From the NCBI GenBank assembly GCA_963745835.1, contig CAVUZH010000022.1:224001-288000 (forward strand): a DNA stretch of 64,000 nt. Direction: 5' to 3'. A program made the translations under genes and the position numbers. The stretch comes from an uncultured delta proteobacterium (GTDB lineage Bacteria; Desulfobacterota; Binatia; UBA9968). A model generated the notes under the pieces. The model saw only the letters and a list, made by a program, of their open reading frames with translations. It did no database searches and had not been told where the DNA came from. Below are positions 21,274 through 31,600 of this stretch, piece after piece; the first letter of the stretch is position 1; every line of letters starts with the position of its first letter.

Positions 21274-22269
21274 ATGATAACAAAATTCTTTTGTCTTACC
21301 CTTAGCACTTTGCTCTTTGCACTTAGCTGTCCGGTCGAGGCGCAGCAGTCGAAGAAAATCCCTCGGATAGGTTATCTATCGCCGCTCGATCAAAGTCGCG
21401 AGTCCACCCGTGCCGGGGTAATTCGCCACGCGCTGCGCGAGCTTGGCTACATAGAAGGACAGAACATCGCCATCGAGTACCGATATGCAGAGGGGAAGCG
21501 TGATCGGTTCCCTGAACTCGCGGCCGAGTTGGTGCGTCTTAAAGTTGATGTCATCGTGGCAGCAGGAGGAGAGCCGTTGATCCGGTCTGCCAAGAATGCG
21601 ACCAAGACGATTCCCATTGTGATGACGGGCTCCGGGCCAGATCCTGTCGAGGCGGGCCTTATTGAAAACCTTGCCCGTCCAGGCGGCAACGTCACTGGGC
21701 TTACCTATCTTTCCACTGAATTAGGCGGTAAGCGGCTGGAGCTGCTCAAAGAAGCGTTAGCCAAATTGACTCATGTCGCGGTTCTCTACGATCCGGCCAC
21801 TCCGGGCACTGCACGCGAGGTCAAAGAAGACCTCCCAGTTGCAGCGCGCGCGCTGGGTTTGACGGTTCGCTCTTGGGAGGTACGAGACGCGGTCGGTTTG
21901 GAGAAAGTATTTGCTGCGCTAACCAAGGAGCGTCCGGATGGACTCTATGTGCCGCTCACGGGAGCACTAATGCGTGCTAACGGAAAACGGATTGCGGGAT
22001 TTGCGTTAAAGAGCCGGTTACCGTCCCTGTACGGCGACAAAGAAGGTGTGAACGCCGGTGGGCTCATGTACTATGGCGCGGACCTCGCGGACAGCTACCG
22101 GCGCGTCGCCACCTACGTGGACAAAATTTTAAAGGGCGCAAAGCCTGCCGATCTGCCGGTGGAGCAGCCCACAAAGTTCGAGTTGGTGATCAATCTCAAA
22201 ACGGCGAAGCAGATCGGCCTGACGATTCCGCCGAGCGTGCTGGCGAGAGCGGACAAGGTGATTAGATGA
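21274..22269 (+). CDS. COG2984 SBP, copy 15
   Basis: intact ORF, family motifs. Confidence 0.92.
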   Translation: MITKFFCLTLSTLLFALSCPVEAQQSKKIPRIGYLSPLDQSRESTRAGVIRHALRELGYIEGQNIAIEYRYAEGKRDRFPELAAELVRLKVDVIVAAGGEPLIRSAKNATKTIPIVMTGSGPDPVEAGLIENLARPGGNVTGLTYLSTELGGKRLELLKEALAKLTHVAVLYDPATPGTAREVKEDLPVAARALGLTVRSWEVRDAVGLEKVFAALTKERPDGLYVPLTGALMRANGKRIAGFALKSRLPSLYGDKEGVNAGGLMYYGADLADSYRRVATYVDKILKGAKPADLPVEQPTKFELVINLKTAKQIGLTIPPSVLARADKVIR

Positions 22270-22301
22270 AAGGCGAGTCGAATAGCTTGATGGCTTCAGC
22301 T

Positions 22302-22760
22302 TCAAAGAAAGTCGGAAAGGACCAGAACTTGAACCGCGTCGAGCCTTTTCACTCGCTTATCGTTGGTCAAAAACAATGTGGCTTCCTCCTGAATAGCAGC
22401 GGCGAGTTGCAGAGCGTCGGGCAGGCGGATCGTGTAGCGTGCCCGAATGAGCGCCGCCGTTTCCGCCAGCTTCTCGTCAATCGGCGCCATGGAAAGCGAA
22501 GAGAAAGACTTGAGCGTGAATTTGATTTCGTCGGCGAGAGCAAAGTTTTTGTCGGCGAAGGGTTTTGTCAGAATCTCGGCCAATGTCACCGACGAGGTAA
22601 CGGCGCGCAGAGCATTATTTTCCAGCAAGGTAAATACCGGATCGAGGAGATCGGCGTAGGGAGCAATATCCTCGATATAATAAATGAACGGCGCGGTATC
22701 GAGGCCGATGATCTTGTGCTTTTCGACGGCGCGGCGAAGCTTAAGCGCGTTGCCATTCAT
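22302..22760 (-). CDS. PIN-domain (VapC-like) toxin
   Basis: IGLDTAPFIYY, TSSVTLAEIL, IRLPDALQLAAA, FLTND motifs; overlaps antitoxin end. Confidence 0.9.
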   Translation of the reverse strand: MNGNALKLRRAVEKHKIIGLDTAPFIYYIEDIAPYADLLDPVFTLLENNALRAVTSSVTLAEILTKPFADKNFALADEIKFTLKSFSSLSMAPIDEKLAETAALIRARYTIRLPDALQLAAAIQEEATLFLTNDKRVKRLDAVQVLVLSDFL

Positions 22761-22989
22761 CGCGCAGCTTCTCGATATAGGCGTCGATCTTGGCTCGACT
22801 GCCCCAGGTCCCTTTGCCGAGACCGCGCAGGCGAGCCGTCGGGCTCTTGGGTTTAGGCCGGAGGACGATTTTGTCGCCTTCGACGACAGCGGCCAACCAA
22901 TCACCGGGCTTTAGTCCCAAGCTCTTACGGATCGCTTTGGAGATAACGATTTGTGACTTTTGATTGAGTTTTAGTACCGATTCCATCAT
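22741..22989 (-). CDS. AbrB/MazE/SpoVT-family antitoxin
   Basis: KSQIVISKAIRKSLGLKPGD...GDKIVLRP. Confidence 0.88.
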   Translation of the reverse strand: MMESVLKLNQKSQIVISKAIRKSLGLKPGDWLAAVVEGDKIVLRPKPKSPTARLRGLGKGTWGSRAKIDAYIEKLRDEWQRA

Positions 22990-23062
22990 GGTACTCCAAA
23001 AACCATACTTAGGGTAAATTTAACAGGCTTGGGTTACACCGTCAATCGAGCATTGTGATCAG

Positions 23063-24116
23063 ATGACAGCAGTCAGCGGTCAGCTATCAGCGGTCAGCAG
23101 GTTACCGGAGACAAAACCCGTAACGAAATCTATTCTTGTCTGGCTCCTGGCAACTATCTTTCTGCCGACTGCTCTTGTCGTCGAGGCGCAGCAGCCGAAG
23201 AAGGTCTTCCGGATAGGGTATCTATCGTCGTTCGATCCAGCTAGTCGACTCCCATGGCACCGAGGCAATTCGGTTGGCTCTGCGCGAGCGTGGCTACATC
23301 GAAGGACAGAACATCGTCTTCGAATACCGATATGCGGAGGGGAAGCTCGATCGGTTCCCTGAACTTGTGGCCGAGTTGGTGCGCCTCAAGGTTGATATCA
23401 TCGTGATAGCAGGAGGCAACGGGACGGTGCGGGCCGCCAAGAACGCGACCCAGACGATTCCCATCGTTATGGCGGGGATTCCAGCCGATCCTGTCGAGGC
23501 AGGTCTTGTTGAAAGCCTTGGCCGTCCCGGGGGAAACGTCACCGGGCCTACCTATCTTTCTACTGAATTAGGCGGTAAGCGGCTAGAACTGCTCAAAGAA
23601 GCGTTAGCCAAATTAACTCATGTCGCGGTTCTCTACGATCCCGCCACTCCGGGCACTGCACGCGAGGTCAAAGAAGACCTCCCAGTTGCAGCGCGCGCGT
23701 TGGGTTTGACGGTTCGGTCTTGGGAGGTACGAGACGCGGTCGGTTTGGAGAAGGTATTCGCTGCGCTAAGCAAGGAGCGTCCCGACGGAATCTATGTGCC
23801 TCTCACGGGCGCGCTGATGCGCGCCAACGGAAAACGGATCGCCGATTTTGCATTAAAGAGCCGGCTGCCGTCCCTCTACGGCGATAAAGAGGGTGTGAAT
23901 GCCGGTGGGCTCATCTACTATGGGGCCGACCTCGTGGACAGCTACCGGCGCATGGCCACCTACGTAGACAGAATTTTGAAGGGAGCTAAGGCCGCCGATC
24001 TGCCCGTCGAGCAGCCGACGAAGTTCGAGTTGGTGATCAATTTCAAGACGGCGAAGCAGCTCGGCCTCACTATTCCCCCTCAGTTACTGGCGCGCGCGGA
24101 CAAGGTCCTTAAATGA
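23063..24116 (+). pseudogene. COG2984 SBP, copy 16 (frameshift near 23250)
   Basis: 23063-23362 gives signal peptide and N-terminus, 23274-24116 the remainder. Confidence 0.85.
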
Positions 24117-25198
24117 TTTTCATTTTAAATTGCCGATTTTCGATTGAGGAAATAAAGCGCATGAGCAAAAGCTTTTCGCTTTTCGTTCTGCAATCTTGCT
24201 CTGACAATTTAAAACCGAAAATCCCAAATTTAAAATGCTATGGGATCGTTGTCATGGTTGTCACTTTCGTAATGTGTGGACCTGTGGCTCAGGCGCAGCA
24301 GCGCGGAAAAATGTCGCGGATCGGGATCCTGTTTTATGGCTCTCGGGATCAACCGCACCTACAATCCTTTCAGCAAGGACTATTTGATCTTGGGTATATC
24401 GAACGGAAAAACATTGCTTTTGAATACCGCTATGCGGAGGGAAACCCTGATCGTCTTGCCGCTCTCGCAGACGATTTGGTCCGGATCCCAGTCGATGTCA
24501 TCGTAACCACAACCGACCAGGGTGCCCGGGCGGCGGCCCAAGCAACGCGGACTATCCCCATCGTGTTGACAACGGGCGATCCGCTGGGCTCAGGCCTGGC
24601 TGCGACCTTGGCCAAACCCGGCGGCAATGTCACGGGGCTGACTGTGCTGTTAGCGGATTTGAGCGGGAAGCGGTTGGAGCTGCTCAAAGAGACTATTCCT
24701 GGCATTACTCGTATAGCCGTGCTGTGGAGCGCTGACAGCGCTGGTATTAGTGCTTTCAAGGAGACACAAGCGGCGGCATTGGGGTTTTCATTGCAGCTTA
24801 ACGCCTTTGAGGTCGATAGAGTCGGACAAATTGACAGGGTATTTTCAGAGATGCCGAAGGCGCGCACGCAAGCGCTGGTCGTGGTATTGAGTCCTTTAAT
24901 GACCCTCAATTCAAAGAGGATCGTAGATCTCGCGGTAAAAAATCGATTGCCTGCCATGTATGCCACCCGGCAATTTGTCGAGGAAGGTGGACTTATGGCG
25001 TACGGACCGAGTATTGGCGACTTGTATCGGCGCGCCGCTACTTATGTGGATAAAGTCTTAAAAGGTGCTGACCCGGCGGAACTCCCAGTAGAGCAGCCGA
25101 GGAAGTTTGAGTTCTTCATCAATATAAAGGCGTCAAAGCAGATCGGGCTGACGATTCCGCCCAATGTGCTGGCGCGAGCAGACAGGGTCATCAAGTAA
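24113..25198 (+). CDS. COG2984 SBP, copy 17 (alternative start 24161)
   Basis: intact ORF, family motifs. Confidence 0.92.
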   Translation: MIFILNCRFSIEEIKRMSKSFSLFVLQSCSDNLKPKIPNLKCYGIVVMVVTFVMCGPVAQAQQRGKMSRIGILFYGSRDQPHLQSFQQGLFDLGYIERKNIAFEYRYAEGNPDRLAALADDLVRIPVDVIVTTTDQGARAAAQATRTIPIVLTTGDPLGSGLAATLAKPGGNVTGLTVLLADLSGKRLELLKETIPGITRIAVLWSADSAGISAFKETQAAALGFSLQLNAFEVDRVGQIDRVFSEMPKARTQALVVVLSPLMTLNSKRIVDLAVKNRLPAMYATRQFVEEGGLMAYGPSIGDLYRRAATYVDKVLKGADPAELPVEQPRKFEFFINIKASKQIGLTIPPNVLARADRVIK

Positions 25199-25625
25199 CC
25201 ATCACAGAACCTAAAGCTTGCCGGCTTGCGACCCTGAGCAGCATGAACGCAGTCTCCTTGAACCTGAGGCCCGACTACCGGCTGAGGAACAGCTAAGACT
25301 GAAGCTGCGGCGACTCATCCAATCAAAAGACATCGTAGAGTTGGCGGGGCCAGCATTGACATTGTTGACAACATGGTTACGTTCAGACCTCCCCGAGAGT
25401 TACGACAACCATCTTTCGCTGATTGAGTCCATTTTCCACATCAGGTGCGAGGCACCAGCGACGAAATCATCGAGTTAGGCTCACCGATAGATCTTACCAT
25501 TCAGACGACGCATGCCCGGTGTTTGCGTTTAGTGCTTTATCTCTTATCGGCCACTAGGTAACGCGATTTTTACAGGAATAAGAGGAGTCCGGTCTTAGAC
25601 GCTATTGGAGGAACAAGAAGGTTCT

Positions 25626-25895
25626 ATGAAAAAGCTACTTATTCTGGCGGCTCTGCTCGTTTTGTTGCCGATTATCAGCGATGCGGCTGAGGTTCGCGGA
25701 GATAACCGAAAGGACGTAGCGCCTAGCCCAATCGTTGAACCCAAAGAGCGGAGAAATACAAGCATAACCTACGAGTCGATTCAACCAGACGCTATCCCTA
25801 ACAATATTGGACTACTCGGCCCGTCAAGGCAGGAAATTCACGATTTCCTTTATCCGACGCTCAACGATGGGAAAGTTGTAATACCAACCAACTAG
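25626..25895 (+). CDS. small secreted hypothetical protein
   Basis: MKKLLILAALLVLLPIISDA signal peptide. Confidence 0.55.
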   Translation: MKKLLILAALLVLLPIISDAAEVRGDNRKDVAPSPIVEPKERRNTSITYESIQPDAIPNNIGLLGPSRQEIHDFLYPTLNDGKVVIPTN

Positions 25896-26283
25896 AATGG
25901 CGCGCAGGCCCGGGGAATCGCCACTAGGCCCAAATGACAAGACGCCAGTTTCAGATGAGGGCATGTACTTACGTTACCAAAAAAAAGGTAGCCGAAAATA
26001 TAACCCGTGGGTTCTACGTACTGAATGTTTTCTTATCAGGTAAAAAGGTTGTTGTTTAGTTCAGTATTGGACAGCAATCCCTCTACGGGAGATGCAAGGG
26101 TGAGCAAATCGACCCAAACGTCATACGGAAGTAGCGCTTTTCGACGTACGTTAGAGACAAAAAAGGGTCGCCCTTGAGGGCCTTCGTACCGCCAGGAGAG
26201 GTGGTTTTAAAGACCCCACCAAGGGAGGGAGGCCCCAACAGCCTAAGCGGCCACCCGAAGAATTTTGCGGTGGAAAAAACATC

Positions 26284-26490
26284 ATGATGATTGTGCTAGG
26301 TTACTTCCTTATTGCAGCAGGAGCCGTCATCGCAGCATCAGCGATCATCGGGTTTTTTCTTACTAACTTGCTGATTCTGTTGCTTCAGACGATTGATCGT
26401 TCTATCAGACTTTGCAGAGGTGCGGTCCCTGCGTTTTCTGCGCCCCATCGGCTTCTGAGAAAACTCCGTAGTTTAGAAAATCTGGCGTAA
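26284..26490 (+). CDS. small membrane hypothetical protein
   Basis: hydrophobic N-terminal ~35 aa. Confidence 0.4.
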   Translation: MMIVLGYFLIAAGAVIAASAIIGFFLTNLLILLLQTIDRSIRLCRGAVPAFSAPHRLLRKLRSLENLA

Positions 26491-26577
26491 GCGCTGCTTT
26501 AACAATCATGCCCAATTCGAGCAGCTAAGGGTGTCGCGAATAGCGGCCGGACTCTTCTCGGCGGCCGAATTAGGTGC

Positions 26578-26631
26578 GGTCTGACAATTCCGCCCAACGT
26601 TCTGGCGCGAGCGGACAGAGTGATCAAGTGA
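26578..26631 (+). pseudogene. orphan 3' tail of a COG2984 gene ([17 protein letters not shown])
   Basis: ggt ctg aca att ccg ccc aac gtt ctg gcg cga gcg gac aga gtg atc aag tga with no SBP body upstream. Confidence 0.9.
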
Positions 26632-26757
26632 GAAGAGCCAATACTAGAAAGCCGAATTTAGGCCTCGCGCACCAAGTGAAACCATTTTCGTTTTAGTTTC
26701 GCTTTTCGATTCAAGGCTCCTGGCTGGTCAATGCATCGAGATTCTCAAAGGAAACAC

Positions 26758-27729
26758 ATGCGTAAAAATATCATCCTGACGCTGCTGCCCATTTTGATCC
26801 TTGCCTCAGTGCAATTCAGCCACGCTCAGCAAACAAAGAAAGCAACGATAGGAATTCTGACTCTCGCGTCCGACGACCCGTTAGTGAAGGTGCTTCGCGA
26901 AGGGCTGCGGGACCTCGGCTATGTCGAGGGACAGAACATCGTCTTCGAGCATCGCTATGTAGACGGGAAGGTCGAGCGCCTTTCCGATCTTGCCGCGGAG
27001 CTGGTGCGCATGAAGGTCGATGTGATCGTGGCGAGGTCCACGCCGGTCGTCCAGGCGGTCAAGAAGACGACGACCACGATCCCGGTCGTCATATCGGTTC
27101 CGGACTCGGTCGGCTCCGGATTCGTCGCCAGCCTGGCCCGACCCGGAGGAAATATTACTGGGACGTCCTCCATCATGCCGGAGCTGGCAGGCAAGCGGTT
27201 GGAGCTGCTCAGAGAAATTTTTCCAAAGCTTTCCCGGGTTGCCTTCCTGGCGCATGGAGGTGATTCGTCGCATCCCCAGTTTATCAAGGAGCTCCAGGAC
27301 GCGGCCGAGAGCGCCCGGCTTCAGGTTCAGCCCGTCGTGGTCAAGGGTCCCGAGGAGTTCCAAAGCGCTTTCGATTCCATGGAGCGAGAGCGGGCTGGCG
27401 CTGTGATCGTTCAGCCGCTTTTTGCCGGCGTTCTTGGAGTAGCGGGGCCGATCGCGGAGCTTGCGATGAAGAATCGTTTGCCGACAATCTCGGACGGACT
27501 TCGCTTTGCGGACGCGGGAGGCCTGATCTATTACGGGCCGGATCAGCTCGCATTGTGGCGGCGCATCCCTATCTATGTCGACAAGATTTTGAAAGGCGCG
27601 AAGCCGGAGGAACTGCCGGTCGTGCAGCCGTCCAAGTTCGAGCTGATGATCAATTTGAAAACGGCCAAGCAGATCGGTGTTACCATTCCGCCGAATGTGT
27701 TGGCGCGTGCGGACAAAGTGATCAAGTGA
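26758..27729 (+). CDS. COG2984 SBP, copy 18
   Basis: intact ORF, family motifs. Confidence 0.92.
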   Translation: MRKNIILTLLPILILASVQFSHAQQTKKATIGILTLASDDPLVKVLREGLRDLGYVEGQNIVFEHRYVDGKVERLSDLAAELVRMKVDVIVARSTPVVQAVKKTTTTIPVVISVPDSVGSGFVASLARPGGNITGTSSIMPELAGKRLELLREIFPKLSRVAFLAHGGDSSHPQFIKELQDAAESARLQVQPVVVKGPEEFQSAFDSMERERAGAVIVQPLFAGVLGVAGPIAELAMKNRLPTISDGLRFADAGGLIYYGPDQLALWRRIPIYVDKILKGAKPEELPVVQPSKFELMINLKTAKQIGVTIPPNVLARADKVIK

Positions 27730-27942
27730 CAGGGCACTGCGCATTAAAGCTGTTCTTCTCTAAATTAATTTTATTAGGCGATCTCCTTTTTGGCGTTTCG
27801 CAGCAGTCGGCGAAGTATCACGAGTGGCTGGCTCTCACGCACGTATACTACTTCAGCCAGTGTCGGTTTTCATTTCTGCATAGAAGAATACTTACTATCG
27901 GACGCTGAATCTATTATTTCAGCAAACAAACGGCGGTCTACC

Positions 27943-28365
27943 ATGCAGGCTCAAGAAAAACCGTCACTATACGATCGACTTGGAGGTGTCTATAACATTG
28001 CTACCGTGGTGGATGATTTAATCGACAGAGTCATCGTTGGTGGGAGATTAAATGCTAATCCTCGGGTCGATGAAGCGCACCATCGAGTTTCACCGGCGGG
28101 CTTCAAGTACTTTGTGATCGAAATGGTTTGCTGGGCAGCTGGCGGTCCGCAAATATTCCGGCCGTTCCATGGGTGATTCACATCGCCATCTCATGATCAC
28201 CGAAGAAGAGTGGGAAGCCTTCATGGACGACTTTCAGCAGACATTGAATAAATTTGAAGTGCCGCAGCAGGAACAAGAAGACTTGAAAGCGATGTCGAAA
28301 GTACAAAGGAAGCCATCGTGGTACGACCGTTTCAGGAAGGAGCAGCGGCAAAAAATGATCAGTAA
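27943..28365 (+). pseudogene. group I truncated haemoglobin (two apparent single-base frameshifts)
   Basis: SLYDRLGG..IA.VVDD, VCWAAGGPQ.YSGRSM.DSHRHL.ITEEEW.AF. Confidence 0.85.
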
Positions 28366-28624
28366 CATAGATCCGGAGCAAACGCTTCAGCAGAACATGT
28401 ATTCCTGTTTCATAGTTGTTGCTCTACCCGCTTTGCTCCGTTGATGGCGACGATCGGCCGAAGCGTGATCATCCCGCTAACTTTGGATTTCTTCGTTGAC
28501 GCTATCAACCACCTGAAGTAAAACTCATCTCAGCCGGGGGGGACCTATTTTCCGCAGCGCACCCCGATTCTATCATCCATGTAGCTTCTTCTCCCCAATC
28601 GATATTGCCGTTTGATTTTTACTT

Positions 28625-31600
28625 ATGCCAACCACGACTAAAAAGGGCTCTAAGAGCACTAAGGAGAAACCGCGACGTGTTGTAGTAAAAGCCTCGCCGA
28701 ATAAACAAGCCCAGGCGGTCACCGAACTACGCCAGGAACTCGCCGAATCTTTGCAGCGGGAGAACGCCACCGCAAGCGAGAATGTACGGCTGGTCAAAGA
28801 ATTACAAGAACGCAGCCGTGACCTCACCGAAGCTCTGGAGCAGCAAACCGCAACCGGCGAGGTGCTACGGGTCATCGCTACCTCACCTACCGAGCTTCAA
28901 CCGGTCCTAGACACGCTGATCGCGAACGCGGTGAAGCTATCCGGCGCGACCAAGGGTCACATTCGACAGTACGAAGGGGACTCTCTCGTAGTGGTCGCGC
29001 ATTTTGGCGAGAGCGCCGAAGAGATTGAGCGATATCACAGCATGCCTGTTCCGGTAGTCCCCGGAGGACGGGCCGCCGCGCGATGGTGGAGAAGAAACCA
29101 GTCCATGTTCTTGACGTTCAAACCGAGGCAAATGTTTCTCAGGTGGCTCGTCAGACCGGGGAGCGGACCAGGTTAGTTGTGCCGCTGCTGCGCGAAGACG
29201 CGGCGATCGGAGTTATCACGATTTGGCGCGATCTTGTTGAGCCCTTTACCGAACGACAAATCGAGCTGGTAAAGACCTTTGCCGACCAGGCGGTGATCGC
29301 CATAGAGAATGTCCGTCTGTTTCAAGAACTTTCTGAATCGTTGGAGCGGCAAACAGCGACGAGTGAAATCCTCGGTGTGATCGCCAGCTCGCCGACGGAT
29401 ATTCAGCCTGTGCTAAATGCCGTGGCGGAAAATGCTGCCAAACTCTGTGATGCGACCGACGCAATTATTTGGCGTGTGAATGGGTCTGAACTCAGACGAG
29501 CGGCCAAACACGGCGCGTTCTCTTCAGGAGCAATTGGAGAAGCATGGCCGTTGAGTCGAGGTCGCGGCTGGGTTCCTGCGCGAGCCGTGCTCGATCGCGA
29601 GACCATTCATATCCATGATCTCCTTGCAGAGGTTGAGACTGAATTCCCCGAATCCAAGAGAACACAAGAAAGCACCGGTGCACGAACCGTACTTGTTACA
29701 CCCTTGCTTAGAGAAGGTGTATCGATAGGCGCTATTTTCATCCGCCGATCTGAAGTTCGTCCATTCTCGGAGAAGCAAGTCGCGCTTCTGAAAACCTTCG
29801 CCGATCAGGCCGTCATCGCAATCGAGAATGTACGCTTGTTCAAGGAGACTCGGGAGCGCAACGCGGAACTGCGAGAGGCTCTGGAGCATCAGACCGCAAC
29901 GGCCGAGGTGCTCGGCATCATCAGCCGCTCGCCTACAGACGTGCAGCCGGTGCTCGACGCGATCGTCGAGAGCGCAGCACGGGTTTGTGGGATCGATGAT
30001 GTGCTGCTGCGACTCAGCGAGGGCGACACTATGGTTTCGCGGGCTCATTTTGGTTCCATACCGATTAGCCGCGTCGAGATCAGTATAGATGAGCCACAGA
30101 ATCGCTGGATGCGAGAGCATGGTACGCTCCACATTCCCGACGCTCCACGCGCAGAACGATTTTCCAATGTTGGGTATCGTCGGCAGTTTCGCGCACCTTC
30201 TTGTCAGTTCCCCTTCGACAGCAGGGGGAACTCATTGGAATACTGAACGCGCGTCGTACGGAGGTGCGCCCGTTCACCCGGCACAGATCTAAACTCCTTG
30301 AGACCTTTGCTGATCAGGCCGTGATCGCGATCGAGAACGTGCGGCTATTCCAAGAACTCAAGGAAGCATTGGAACAGCAGACGGCGACGAGCGAAATCCT
30401 GGGCGTGATCGCTAGCTCGCCGACGATATTCAACTCGAAGCCCGCAATCGCGACCTCACCGAAGCCTTAGAGCAGCAGACCGCAACGAGCGAGGTATTGC
30501 GAGTGATTGCCGGTTCCCCGGCGGAACTACAGTCGGTGCTCGACGCCGTCACCGAGAGCGCAGTACGGCTCGCGAGCGCCACGCGAGGTCACATACGTCA
30601 ATACGATGGTGAGTTTCTTCGCCTGGTGGCTTCCTACGGGGAGTCACCCGAACAACTGGCTGTATTCCAGGCTCCCGTCCGCCCTCGTGCCGAGAGCAGG
30701 TCTGGTCGTGCGTTCCTCGAGCGAAGGCCGATCCATGATCTGGATGCCCAAGTTGAACGTCACCCGATGGCGGCTCAGACCGGGGCTCGAACGACCCTGG
30801 CGGTGCCGCTCTTGCGCGAAGATACCCCGATCGGAGTCTTTACGATTTGGCGCGACCTTGTTCAGCCGTTTACTGACCGGCAAATCGAACTGGTGAAGAC
30901 TTTCGCCGATCAAGCAGTCGTCGCCATCGAAAATGTGCGGCTGTTCCAAGAATTGCAGCAGCGCAATCGCGACCTCACCGAGGCTCTGGAGCAACAAACA
31001 GCAACGAGCGAAATTCTGGCCGTGATTGCTAGTTCGCCGACCGACATCCAGCCGGTGCTTGATACCGTGATTGCAAATGCGGTGACACTTGCAGGTGCGA
31101 AGCATGGTCACATCCGTCAGCTCGACGGCGAGTTCCTGCGTTTGGTCGCCCACTATAACGAGAGCCCGGAGTACATAGCCCACTTACAAGCCAATCCTGT
31201 GCGTGTTGCACAGAGTCTGGCAGGCCGTGCTTTTCTTGAGGGAAAACCAGTCCAGCACCTTGCGGGCACGGAGGAACCAGGTCCCAGCTAGCGCGTGGTC
31301 GGGGCTGGGAGATCGAACCCTGCTGGCCGTACCACTGCTGAAAAAGGGAACCCCCATCGGAAACATCCTGATTTGGCGCGATGTTGTTGAGCCATTCACT
31401 GAACGGCAGATCGAGTTGGTTAAGACCTTCGCCGACCAAGCGGTCATTGCGATCGAAAACGTGCGGCTGTTCCAAGAGCTCGAGGAGCGCAACGCCGAAT
31501 TGCGCGAAGCCCTGGAGCATCAGACGGCAACGGCCGAGGTGCTCGGCATCATCAGCCGCTCGCCTACGGACGTCCAGCCGGTCCTCGACGCTATCGTCGA

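Noticed and set aside
22266-22856. 196-aa plus-strand ORF after copy 15
   Set aside because: Antisense to the well-supported PIN toxin and antitoxin
6668-27729. CRISPR or DGR interpretation of the array
   Set aside because: Repeat units are ~1 kb coding genes; no short repeat-spacer pattern, cas gene, reverse transcriptase or adenine-specific template/variable pair was seen
6668-27729. Classical integron
   Set aside because: No tyrosine integrase in the window and the junctions lack canonical RYYYAAC...GTTRRRY ends; only an analogy is claimed
6775-27744. Recurrent minus-strand ORFs in the SBP array (MTIGIV..., [10 protein letters not shown]..., the 287-aa ORF at 26881-27744)
   Set aside because: Antisense shadows of conserved SBP codons; they recur only because the sense genes are paralogs
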